Shown in pieces: positions 46,052 through 54,218 of a stretch of 64,000 nt of DNA (positions are counted from its first letter, which is position 1; each line of letters starts with the position of its first letter). Under the pieces are notes generated by a model. The model was not told the origin of the DNA and made no database searches. It saw only the letters and a program-made list of their open reading frames with translations. This stretch comes from Paludibacteraceae bacterium (GTDB lineage Bacteria > Bacteroidota > Bacteroidia > Bacteroidales > Paludibacteraceae), in contig CAXXVQ010000010.1 in assembly GCA_963662245.2 (NCBI GenBank), positions 4,613-68,612 on the forward strand. The letters run 5' to 3'. Made by a program: the position numbers and the translations under genes.

Positions 46052-46453
46052 ATGGAATTAACAAAGAAGCAAAAGACATGGAGTATAGTAATAGGTGTAA
46101 TCGTTGTTATGTCTATTATTGGTCAGTTTGCGCCACAAAAACCAAAACCAGTTGAACGAATTGAGTATGGCAATCTAACTGCTACAGCTCAAACCTGTGC
46201 AGATGGGTTATTGAAACAACAGCTTAAATTTCCTGATGGCTGGAGCTATGAGTATAAAGATATGCAGCGTACAGATAGCGTAACATACAGTTTAAAGGCT
46301 ATTGTTCTTGCTAAGAATGGTTTTGGCGTGCGTTCTCGTATTAATTACACCTGTGTACTTAAATATACAGGTTCAAAGGAAGTGTCTAACGATATAATAG
46401 ACGCAATGGACTCAAGGTATTGGACGGTCATAAGCAATACACTTGGGGAGTAG
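46052..46453 (+). CDS. membrane-anchored periplasmic protein co-transcribed with the repressor
   Basis: 133 aa with an N-terminal TM (WSIVIGVIVVMSIIGQF). Its ATG lies 2 nt after the repressor stop. Confidence 0.5.
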   Translation: MELTKKQKTWSIVIGVIVVMSIIGQFAPQKPKPVERIEYGNLTATAQTCADGLLKQQLKFPDGWSYEYKDMQRTDSVTYSLKAIVLAKNGFGVRSRINYTCVLKYTGSKEVSNDIIDAMDSRYWTVISNTLGE

Positions 46454-46470
46454 GTTGGTATCCTAAAAGA

Positions 46471-46502
46471 AAAAGCCAGACATGAGAGTGTCTGGCTTTT
46501 TT
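46471..46502 (+). terminator. intrinsic terminator of the repressor operon
   Basis: AAAAGCCAGACA / TGTCTGGCTTTT stem with a 6-nt loop and a T-run. Confidence 0.75.
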
Positions 46503-46510
46503 GATAATAT

Positions 46511-46620
46511 TTGTGCGTGTATTGAAGTGCAAACAGATAACGGAATGTGCACCGATTAAAGTGCGAGGTGATAACATCGCCCGATTAGGAAAATGCGTGG
46601 ATTGAATTGCCGATTAATGC
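46511..46620 (+). repeat. array of about 7 same-orientation imperfect repeats (G)TGC-N1-5-GAT(T/A)A, a putative transposase end-binding region
   Basis: GTGCAAACAGATAA, GTGCACCGATTAA, GTGCGAGGTGATAA, GCCCGATTAG, TGCGTGGATTGA and TGCCGATTAA, spaced 14-20 nt apart. Confidence 0.45.
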
Positions 46621-46747
46621 TACAGCTCCTTTTCCGTCAGGGGTATTGTATAATATGATATTTTGCTGTTCCATAATTTGAATTGATAGTATGCAAAAAT
46701 AGCAAATAATGTCTTGACTAGTTGATTTCTAAGCTACTATATATTAA

Positions 46748-46786
46748 CAAAAAGTCCCCACCTGAAAATAGGTGAGGACTCTTCAT
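46748..46786 (-). terminator. conserved terminator module, copy 1
   Basis: Minus strand reads ATGAAGAGTCCTCACCTATTTTCAGGTGGGGACTTTTTG. It lies just downstream of the gene ending at 46802. Confidence 0.65.
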
Positions 46787-46801
46787 TATTTGTTTTTATT
46801 C

Positions 46802-47497
46802 TTATTTAAAATAGAATCTAACCATTAGACTAGAATAGGTAGATGTTGAGCCCACCTCAGTCTCATTATTTTCATCATCGTCATTTGTTGCTTTTAAAAA
46901 AGCAAGACCAACTTCTCCACCAATACTAAAATATGGATTGAAGAAATACTCCGCACCTATTGTTGGTGATAATCCTAGCATATTTATCTCTGTTTTTTCT
47001 GGCTCTAAACCATAATAAGATGCACTATATGATGAATAAGAATTTGAATTTGGGTTATCAGAAGTAGTTTCAGAAGTAGCTTCAGAAATCATTTTCCCAT
47101 AAGCAATTCTAGCTCCAACATAAATATTTGTTTTTTGATATTGATACATTCTAAAAATACCAACTCCAATTGTGTATGTTTTTGATTCAACCTTTGTATT
47201 AACTGTATTGTTGATATAGCTATTATAGTAGCTATCGTAATAGCTATTCTCAATAGTACTTTCTGTTGTAGCTTTTATATAAGAAATTTCAGGCTCAATT
47301 CTGAATTTATTATCAATATTAAATACACAGAATATTGAATTACCAAAAGAACCAGATGCATTCGAAGATAACTGTGTATCAAACCCAAGCCCAAAAGGTC
47401 TTAATACAAGAGAGTCCTTCTCATTTGCAAAAGCGTTTCCACTCACTAATAGTAATGTAAACATTACTCCAATCCATAATAATTTATTCGTTCTCAT
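46802..47497 (-). CDS. outer-membrane beta-barrel protein
   Basis: Signal peptide, alternating-strand pattern, and a C-terminal ...MVRFYFK aromatic terminus. Confidence 0.6.
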   Translation of the reverse strand: MRTNKLLWIGVMFTLLLVSGNAFANEKDSLVLRPFGLGFDTQLSSNASGSFGNSIFCVFNIDNKFRIEPEISYIKATTESTIENSYYDSYYNSYINNTVNTKVESKTYTIGVGIFRMYQYQKTNIYVGARIAYGKMISEATSETTSDNPNSNSYSSYSASYYGLEPEKTEINMLGLSPTIGAEYFFNPYFSIGGEVGLAFLKATNDDDENNETEVGSTSTYSSLMVRFYFK

Positions 47498-47568
47498 AAC
47501 TTTTAAGTGTTTATTATTTTTTCGAACGCAAAAGTAGCATTTTAAATGGTTTGAACAAACTTAATAAA

Positions 47569-47602
47569 ACAAAAAATCCCTACCAATAGGGGAGGATAGA
47601 GC
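47569..47602 (-). terminator. conserved terminator module, copy 2 (degenerate)
   Basis: ACAAAAAATCCCTACCAATAGGGGAGGATAGAGC on the plus strand. It is adjacent to the stop at 47602. Confidence 0.45.
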
Positions 47603-48135
47603 TAAGGTGCTAGCCTATAATGTGATTGTACCAAGCCACTTTTATAATGCTGTGAGCTTATTAGAGAAAGTTTTTGTTCAGGAAAACCTTCTTGAAATAA
47701 TCTCACCCCAGCACCAAGAAGGATAGGGATAGTGGAAATAATAAGTTCATCCAGTAGCTTATACTTTAAAAGTAAATTTACAACTTGAGCACCACCATCT
47801 ACAAAGATATCTTTCCCGGATTCAGCCTTTAATCTTTGTACAAGTTCTGTAATATCTCCGTTATAAAATTCAATGTTTCCGATATTCTCACGAACAGTCC
47901 GTGTGATTATGTATGATTTCATTTCAGCATGAGGAAATTGTGGTACCTGAGACATTACCCAATCATAAGTTTTACGCCCCATAATTACAGCATCAATTCT
48001 ATTCATTAAGCTTTGGTATCCATAATCTTCACCTTCAGTGGCAACCAAGTCCAAGAAACTTAAATCATCATTTGGTTTGGCAATATATTCATCTATACTC
48101 TGAGCAATATAAAGGATAAGTTTTCTTGTTTCCAT
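47602..48135 (-). CDS. dihydrofolate reductase-family (RibD C-terminal domain) protein
   Basis: LYIAQSIDEYIA, AVIMGRKTYDW, IFVDGGAQVV and LDELIISTIPILLG blocks. Confidence 0.7.
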   Translation of the reverse strand: METRKLILYIAQSIDEYIAKPNDDLSFLDLVATEGEDYGYQSLMNRIDAVIMGRKTYDWVMSQVPQFPHAEMKSYIITRTVRENIGNIEFYNGDITELVQRLKAESGKDIFVDGGAQVVNLLLKYKLLDELIISTIPILLGAGVRLFQEGFPEQKLSLISSQHYKSGLVQSHYRLAP

Positions 48136-48170
48136 AAATCGTTATTTTTTATAAATCTAATAATTTTAAA

Positions 48171-48205
48171 CAAAAAATCCCCACCAATAGGTGAGGACTC
48201 TTCAT
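48171..48205 (-). terminator. conserved terminator module, copy 3
   Basis: Minus strand reads ATGAAGAGTCCTCACCTATTGGTGGGGATTTTTTG. The 8-bp stem includes a G-U pair. Confidence 0.65.
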
Positions 48206-48219
48206 TTACTATACAGATA

Positions 48220-48930
48220 TTATTTCTTCAAAATCTTCTTCAATACTTCGTCTTTGTCAAGCTTTTTGGTACAGAAGAACCAATCTTTACAATCTAGTTC
48301 GCCATCTTCCATTCTGGCTTTAGCTCCACCACAGGAACCTGCAGGGCCAATAATAACATCATCACCCGGTCTCCAGTCTGCAGGCGTAGCTACACCAAAC
48401 TCATCAGCAGTTTGTAAGGCAATAACTACACGGTAAAGTTCATCAAAGTTTCTACCTAAACTTAATGGGTAATAAATAATTGTTCTGATAATACCTTTTG
48501 GATCAATAACAAATACAGCTCTCACAGCCTTTGTAGTATCTTCGTTAGGCTGAATCATACCATATTTCATAGCTACATCCATTTTGATATCTTCAATCAA
48601 AGGGAATTTCACTTCAACATCTTTCATTCCTTTGTACTCAATCTTTTCTTTGATTGTTCTAAGCCATGCAATATGACTATATAAACCATCAATAGAAAGA
48701 CCTACAAGCTTACAATTAGCTTCATTAAATTTGCTTTCAAGTGTAGCAAAAGTCATAAATTCAGAAGTACATACAGGAGTAAAATCAGCAGGGTGGCTGA
48801 ATAAGATTACCCAACTTCCTTTATAGTCAGCTGGAAAGTTAATTTCACCTTGTGTAGTAACAGCTACAAACTCTGGAGCAGCATCTCCAATTTTAGGCAT
48901 ACTTACTTGTTTTTCACGCATTTCTTCCAT
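48220..48930 (-). CDS. peroxiredoxin (1-Cys/Prx6-like)
   Basis: Peroxidatic-Cys motif HPADFTPVCTSE, 236 aa. Confidence 0.85.
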   Translation of the reverse strand: MEEMREKQVSMPKIGDAAPEFVAVTTQGEINFPADYKGSWVILFSHPADFTPVCTSEFMTFATLESKFNEANCKLVGLSIDGLYSHIAWLRTIKEKIEYKGMKDVEVKFPLIEDIKMDVAMKYGMIQPNEDTTKAVRAVFVIDPKGIIRTIIYYPLSLGRNFDELYRVVIALQTADEFGVATPADWRPGDDVIIGPAGSCGGAKARMEDGELDCKDWFFCTKKLDKDEVLKKILKK

Positions 48931-49088
48931 AATCAGTTAAATTTTAAGTTATTAATAATAAAATCAGTCTAATCGAAATCAATGGTTGGTATGCTAAAAG
49001 AGATAATAAATTTAGGTATTAAATATTACAATGGAAATTAAAAAGCAATGTTTTTTTAACATAAGTTCATTATACCTTTATTTATAAA

Positions 49089-49125
49089 ACAAAAAATCCC
49101 CACCATACAGGTGAGGACTCTTCAT
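49089..49125 (-). terminator. conserved terminator module, copy 4
   Basis: Minus strand reads ATGAAGAGTCCTCACCTGTATGGTGGGGATTTTTTGT. Confidence 0.65.
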
Positions 49126-49161
49126 ATTCTTCATTCTTAATTTTTCATTCTTAATTTAAAA

Positions 49162-49953
49162 CTACCAACTTCCACCGGCTCCACCGCCTCCGAAGCTTCC
49201 GCCTCCAAAGCCACCAAAACCGCCTCCGCTATAGCCTGATGATGAACCACCACCAAAACCACCGCCACCAAGGAAAATCCAAGGAAGTGCACTTCCGCCA
49301 TAACTAGTGTGTCCATTACCATCTTTATCATTTCCGCCACCGCGTTTTTTGCTAAAGATGATAACAATAGCAATTACTATAAAGATAATGAAGAAGATAC
49401 GACCTTTACCGCTTTTTTCTTTTAAGCTGGCTACATCAATTTCGCCTTTTGCAAGCTTATATAAATAAGACACACCGGCAACAGTTCCACCATAATAATC
49501 ATTTTGTTTAAAGTATGGAATCATTACTTGGTCAGAAATACGGTTAGCAATGGCATCAGGTATTGCACCCTCCAATCCACGACCAATGGCAATAAATAAT
49601 TCACCACGCTCACGCTCCGTTTTTGGTTTGATTAAGATAACAATACCATTGTCAAACTTAGCATCACCAACACCCCATTTTTCACCTAATTCAGTGGCAT
49701 ATTGAGCTTTATCCATGCCGGCAAGGTCGTTTACTGTCACTACAGTAATTTGATTTGAAGTAGAATCATCTACCATTACTAGAACTTGCTCTAATTCAGC
49801 TCGTTGTGATGGAGTGAAGATGCCTGCGAAGTCATTAACTAATCGTTGAGGTGAGGGTCTATTCGGAATTTGAGAAAATACATTTACACAGAAAGCAACG
49901 AACAAAAGAATGAACGAAGTTTTGAGCGATTTATTTGTTCTTAATTTAATCAT
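49162..49953 (-). CDS. TPM-domain protein (YgcG-like) with a Gly-rich C-terminal tail
   Basis: Signal peptide, TPM/phosphatase-like domain, a TM segment, then the GGGFGGG tail. Confidence 0.7.
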   Translation of the reverse strand: MIKLRTNKSLKTSFILLFVAFCVNVFSQIPNRPSPQRLVNDFAGIFTPSQRAELEQVLVMVDDSTSNQITVVTVNDLAGMDKAQYATELGEKWGVGDAKFDNGIVILIKPKTERERGELFIAIGRGLEGAIPDAIANRISDQVMIPYFKQNDYYGGTVAGVSYLYKLAKGEIDVASLKEKSGKGRIFFIIFIVIAIVIIFSKKRGGGNDKDGNGHTSYGGSALPWIFLGGGGFGGGSSSGYSGGGFGGFGGGSFGGGGAGGSW

Positions 49954-50387
49954 TTTTCAAAAGAAATTTCATTCGTTAATTCGTTGATGTCGTCAGGCTG
50001 AATAGGGAAGTGCTCGGCCAATTGTTTACCGGCTTCCATAATTGCCCAACATAGTCCATTTGTAAATTCTCCTTTACGGAAGAAATCAACAATGGTTGTG
50101 TAAATTGTATCCCAAAAATCTTTAGGTACAGTTTCATTAATGCCTTTATCACCAATCACCGCAAACTTTTTATCTACAATAGACATATAAAATAAAACTC
50201 CATTACGAAGCTCTGTTTTTTGCATACCAAGTTTACCAAATACTTCAACAGCAGTATCAAGCACATTATCGTGACTTGTGCGATCTATATGCAGGCGAAT
50301 TTCCCCTGAAGTTAGTTTTTCTGCTTCAGTGATAGCCTTCTCAATGCGGCTTTTTTGTTCTTTCGTAAAAAAATCTTTAGGATTCAT
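49950..50387 (-). CDS. TPM-domain protein
   Basis: AEKLTSGEIRLHID and NGVLFYMSIVDKKFAVIGDKGI blocks. Confidence 0.7.
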   Translation of the reverse strand: MNPKDFFTKEQKSRIEKAITEAEKLTSGEIRLHIDRTSHDNVLDTAVEVFGKLGMQKTELRNGVLFYMSIVDKKFAVIGDKGINETVPKDFWDTIYTTIVDFFRKGEFTNGLCWAIMEAGKQLAEHFPIQPDDINELTNEISFEK

Positions 50388-50965
50388 TAAAACTCAACTT
50401 TAGGCGTTTCTTTTTCTGCTTCTGTAGCTTCGAAATATGCGCGTTTTTCAAATCCGAATAACATTCCCGGGAATCTGCGAATAATACTGTTAAACTCTCT
50501 ACAAGTCTCGTTATAACGCATTCTTTCTGTATTAATTCTGTTTTCAGTACCCTCTAGTTGAGCCTGAAGATCAAGGAAGTTTTGATTTGCTTTTAAATCA
50601 GGATATCTTTCTTGAATCATCAATAACTTACCTAATGCAGCAGATAATTGACCTTGAGCTGCTTGATATTGTTTTAATTTCTCAGGAGTAAGGTTAGTTG
50701 GATCAACTGTGATTTGAGTTGCTTTAGCACGAGCAGAAACAACTCCTTCAAATGTTTCTTTTTCGTGTGCTGCATATCCTTTTACTGTTGCTACTAGGTT
50801 AGGGATAAGATCTGCACGACGCTTGTATGAACTTTCTACCTGTGCCCATTGTGCAGGAACCGCTTCATCCATAGTAACTAATTTGTTGTAAGTAGAGAAG
50901 CCCCATATAACAATAATAGCAATTATACCTACAATAGATAAGGTAACAATAAGTGATTTCTTCAT
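50387..50965 (-). CDS. lemA: LemA family protein
   Basis: An N-terminal TM followed by the YNKLV...WAQVESSYKRRADLIPNLV pattern. Confidence 0.85.
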   Translation of the reverse strand: MKKSLIVTLSIVGIIAIIVIWGFSTYNKLVTMDEAVPAQWAQVESSYKRRADLIPNLVATVKGYAAHEKETFEGVVSARAKATQITVDPTNLTPEKLKQYQAAQGQLSAALGKLLMIQERYPDLKANQNFLDLQAQLEGTENRINTERMRYNETCREFNSIIRRFPGMLFGFEKRAYFEATEAEKETPKVEF

Positions 50966-51298
50966 AAATTATAATTTTTGATGGTTAAATTTTTCTATTT
51001 CACGGTTTCAAATGTCAAATTCTCTGCCAAGAGTCAAAGCTATATCTTTTTTAGCCATTATTGGTAAAAATCATGAAAATATGTCATAAAACTACCAAAA
51101 TGGAGGATAAGATTCCCAAATGTAATAATCGATTTGAAATATCTATAAACTCCTTATATGAGAGAGTTTCAACGGTGCTTCCATTTCCTACATTTATGTA
51201 AAATGAGCTAAATAATCTACACAAAAGGTTGAAAATTTAATACAAATGAAATCTCAATACTGAGTATAATTCATTGATAATGTTTTAGTTATGCTTTT

Positions 51299-51314
51299 TG
51301 GCACGCTATTTATA
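51299..51314 (+). promoter_or_regulatory. candidate sigma-54 promoter (good -24, poor -12)
   Basis: TGGCACG-CTAT-TTATA, 32 nt upstream of the ATG at 51346. The -12 element lacks GC. Confidence 0.3.
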
Positions 51315-51345
51315 TAAAGCAAACAGAACAAGAAAGACTGAGATT

Positions 51346-52758
51346 ATGATTACTAAGAGTGAAACAAAACCGAACTACACAGCTACTCGCAACGCCTGCA
51401 AACTATGTGCTCCACTAGGTGCATCATTAGTTTTCAAAGGGATTCAAGGTTGCGTTCCTATGATTCATGGTTCGCAAGGATGCGCTACTTACATCCGACG
51501 CTACATGATCAGCCACTACAAAGAGCCGGTAGACATTGCATCCTCAAACTTTAGTGAGGAATCAACCGTATATGGTGGTGCTAAGAACTTTATCACAGGT
51601 ATTGATAATGTGATTAAACAATACCACCCAAAAGTATTGGGAATTGCATCTACATGTTTATCTGAAACAATTGGAGAAGATGTTCCCGGATTAATCAAAC
51701 AATATCAAAAAGCACACGAAGGAGAGGATTTACCTCACTTTGTTTTTGCATCAACTCCTAGTTACCAAGGCTCACACATGGATGGTTTCCATGAAACAGT
51801 TTTATCTGCAGTAAAAGTATTAGCAGAAGGAGGAACTACAGGAGAACATGTAAACATATTTTCTGGATTTATTTCTCCTGAAGATATTCGCTACATAAAA
51901 GATGTATTTGAAGATTTTGGATTGTATCCGGTTTTAATGCCTGACTTTTCTGATTCTTTAGATAATCCACACTGGAGAGACTATAAATTGCTACCTGAAG
52001 GTGGTACTTCAATAGATGATATTAAAAGCACAGGAACTGCAAAAGCTAGTATTGAGTTTGGTTCTGTATTGAACCGTGGAGCTCTTTACGGAAAAATTAA
52101 AAGCCATAAAAAACAATATACTGCTGGAACATGGTTAGAAGATAATTTCTCTGTGCCTAATACGCGAATGACTATGCCTATTGGGATTAATGCTTCGGAT
52201 GTGTTTTTTGATTTATTGTCAAAATTAAGTGGAAAGCCAATACCTGAGAGACATACTCGTGAACGCGGAAGATTAATTGATTCATACATTGATGGACATA
52301 AATATGTGTTTGGAAAACAAGCAATCGTTTATGGTGATGAAGATTTTATCCTAGGTATAGTTTCTTTCTTATTAGAAATAGGTATGATTCCAGTCTTAAT
52401 TGCATCTGGTGGAGAAAGTAACTTGTTGAAAGATGAAGTTTCTAAAATTATGGAAGCTTCAGAGAATGCTCCAGAAGAAATGCCAATGATAGTAAATGGA
52501 ATGGACTTCGAGTCAATCAATGATATGGTAGAAGACCTTAAACCGGATATTTTAATTGGAAGCAGCAAAGGTTATTATATCTCACGCCGATTAAATATTC
52601 CTATCGTAAGAGTAGGGTTCCCTGTACATGACAGACACGGAGCATCAAGACTTCTTCACATAGGATATAAAGGAGCACACCAATTGTTTGATAGAATTGC
52701 AAATTCATTTATCGAACACAAACAAGAAAATGCTAAAGTAGCATACAAATACATCTAA
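51346..52758 (+). CDS. nifN: nitrogenase cofactor scaffold NifN-like protein (NifK/NifN family)
   Basis: CAPLGA...HGSQGCATYIRRY..EP...SEESTVYGG...STCLSETIGEDV is the NifK/N pattern. There is no Cys in the DIASS segment, which is NifN-like. The ATG at 51346 is preferred over the TTG at 51298. Confidence 0.65.
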   Translation: MITKSETKPNYTATRNACKLCAPLGASLVFKGIQGCVPMIHGSQGCATYIRRYMISHYKEPVDIASSNFSEESTVYGGAKNFITGIDNVIKQYHPKVLGIASTCLSETIGEDVPGLIKQYQKAHEGEDLPHFVFASTPSYQGSHMDGFHETVLSAVKVLAEGGTTGEHVNIFSGFISPEDIRYIKDVFEDFGLYPVLMPDFSDSLDNPHWRDYKLLPEGGTSIDDIKSTGTAKASIEFGSVLNRGALYGKIKSHKKQYTAGTWLEDNFSVPNTRMTMPIGINASDVFFDLLSKLSGKPIPERHTRERGRLIDSYIDGHKYVFGKQAIVYGDEDFILGIVSFLLEIGMIPVLIASGGESNLLKDEVSKIMEASENAPEEMPMIVNGMDFESINDMVEDLKPDILIGSSKGYYISRRLNIPIVRVGFPVHDRHGASRLLHIGYKGAHQLFDRIANSFIEHKQENAKVAYKYI

Positions 52759-52857
52759 TTAGCTAATATATAAATGTGCTAATTAGATAATAAAAGAATA
52801 CCCATTAAATGGATTAATGAATTTGCTAATCTGCTAATTTACTAATTCTCTAATTTG
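52755..52857 (+). repeat. CTAAT-rich spacer with an exact 8-nt phasing block
   Basis: GCTAATCT GCTAATTT ACTAATTC TCTAATTT, with CTAAT at 52826, 52834, 52842 and 52850. More CTAAT copies lie at 52755, 52763 and 52779. Confidence 0.8.
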
Positions 52858-52865
52858 AATAAGTT

Positions 52866-54179
52866 ATGAAAGAGCTAAACGAAGAAATGGACATGAATTC
52901 AGTTTTCACTGATCCTAAAGATACAGCATTAGCAAAGCACCCTTGTTTTGATAAAGATGCAAAACACTCACATGCAAGAGTTCACTTACCAGTTGCACCA
53001 AAATGTAATATTCAATGCAACTACTGTAATCGTAAATACGATTGTGTAAATGAGAGTAGACCAGGGGTAACATCTTCAGTTCTAGCTCCATTCCAAGCTC
53101 TTGAATACATCAAAGTATTAGATGAGAAATTGGATAAGCTTTCAGTAGTAGGTATTGCTGGTCCTGGTGATCCGTTTGCAAACCCTAAAGAAACTATAGA
53201 AACTATGCGTAAAATCAAAGCTCAGTTTCCTGAAAAAATATTCTGTTTATCAACTAACGGGATGGATTTATACCCATATATTGATGAATTAGCTGAAATA
53301 GGTGTATCGCATGTTACTATTACAATCAATGCTATTGATCCAGAAATTACCGCAAAAGTATATCGCTGGGTTCGCTATAATAAACATGTGTACCGTGGTG
53401 TTGAAGGAGCAAAAGTTCTTTTGGAACAACAACTTAGATGTATCCCCAAATTAAAAGAAAGAGGAATTGTAGTGAAAATCAATTCTATTATCATACCTGG
53501 TATCAATGAACATCATATCCCCGAAGTAGCTAAAAAATGTGCTGAACTTGGTGCTGATGTAATGAACTGCATTCCATTGATTCCTACAGCAGAAACTGAA
53601 TTCGCAGAATTTGAAAAACCAGATACAAAGATGATTTTCAAAGTGCGTACTGAAGCTTCAGATTATATGGATATGATGAGCCACTGTGCTCGCTGTCGTG
53701 CTGATGCAGCCGGTTTACTAGGTCAAGACTTAACTGATTCTTATACTTTATTGCAAGAAATGTCAACTCTTACTGAAGTTGATAACAGCAACCGTCCATA
53801 TGTAGCTGTAGCCACTAACGAGGGATTACTTGTTAACCAACACATGGGAGAAGCAATGTCACTATACATCTATAAACAAACACCTAATGGATATCAGTTT
53901 GTAGAAGAAAGACAAACACCAAGAGCAGGTAAAGGCGATAACCGTTGGTTAGAATTAGCAAAAGTATTATCAGATTGTCGTGGAATATTAGTTTCAGGTG
54001 TAGGTGAGAACCCTAAAGCCATCTTAACATCTTGTGGTGTTAGAGTAGTGGAAATGACTGGGTTAATAGATGAAGGACTTGATGGAGTATTCAATAATAA
54101 GCCTATTCGTAGTATTGCAAAAGCAGATGCATTTAAATGCGGTTCAGAATGTAAAGGAACAGGGCAAGGATGTGCCTAA
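52866..54179 (+). CDS. nifB: FeMo-cofactor biosynthesis radical-SAM protein NifB (with a NifX-like C-terminal domain)
   Basis: CNIQCNYCNRKYDC radical-SAM motif and a C-terminal VAVATNEGLLVNQHMGEA NifX/NafY-like domain. Confidence 0.85.
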   Translation: MKELNEEMDMNSVFTDPKDTALAKHPCFDKDAKHSHARVHLPVAPKCNIQCNYCNRKYDCVNESRPGVTSSVLAPFQALEYIKVLDEKLDKLSVVGIAGPGDPFANPKETIETMRKIKAQFPEKIFCLSTNGMDLYPYIDELAEIGVSHVTITINAIDPEITAKVYRWVRYNKHVYRGVEGAKVLLEQQLRCIPKLKERGIVVKINSIIIPGINEHHIPEVAKKCAELGADVMNCIPLIPTAETEFAEFEKPDTKMIFKVRTEASDYMDMMSHCARCRADAAGLLGQDLTDSYTLLQEMSTLTEVDNSNRPYVAVATNEGLLVNQHMGEAMSLYIYKQTPNGYQFVEERQTPRAGKGDNRWLELAKVLSDCRGILVSGVGENPKAILTSCGVRVVEMTGLIDEGLDGVFNNKPIRSIAKADAFKCGSECKGTGQGCA

Positions 54180-54218
54180 AATAAGGAGTGAGAGGTGAGT
54201 ATTAGAGAATGTTAGTAA

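Larger units (their letters stand above)
12950..46700. mobile_element. Mu-like transposable prophage (about 33.5 kb; both ends approximate)
   Basis: It carries a DDE MuA-like transposase with a MuB-like ATPase, a Ner-like protein with a divergent repressor, and DUF3164, gp36, gpG and MuF-type genes. It also has contractile-tail and lysis genes and no integrase. GC content is visibly higher than in the flanks. Confidence 0.8.

Noticed and set aside
49137-49373. The 78-aa ORF overlapping the 3' end of the TPM-domain gene.
   Set aside because: It lies on the same strand in a different frame, through the Gly-rich GGGFGGG tail. This is a repeat-driven alternative frame and not a gene.
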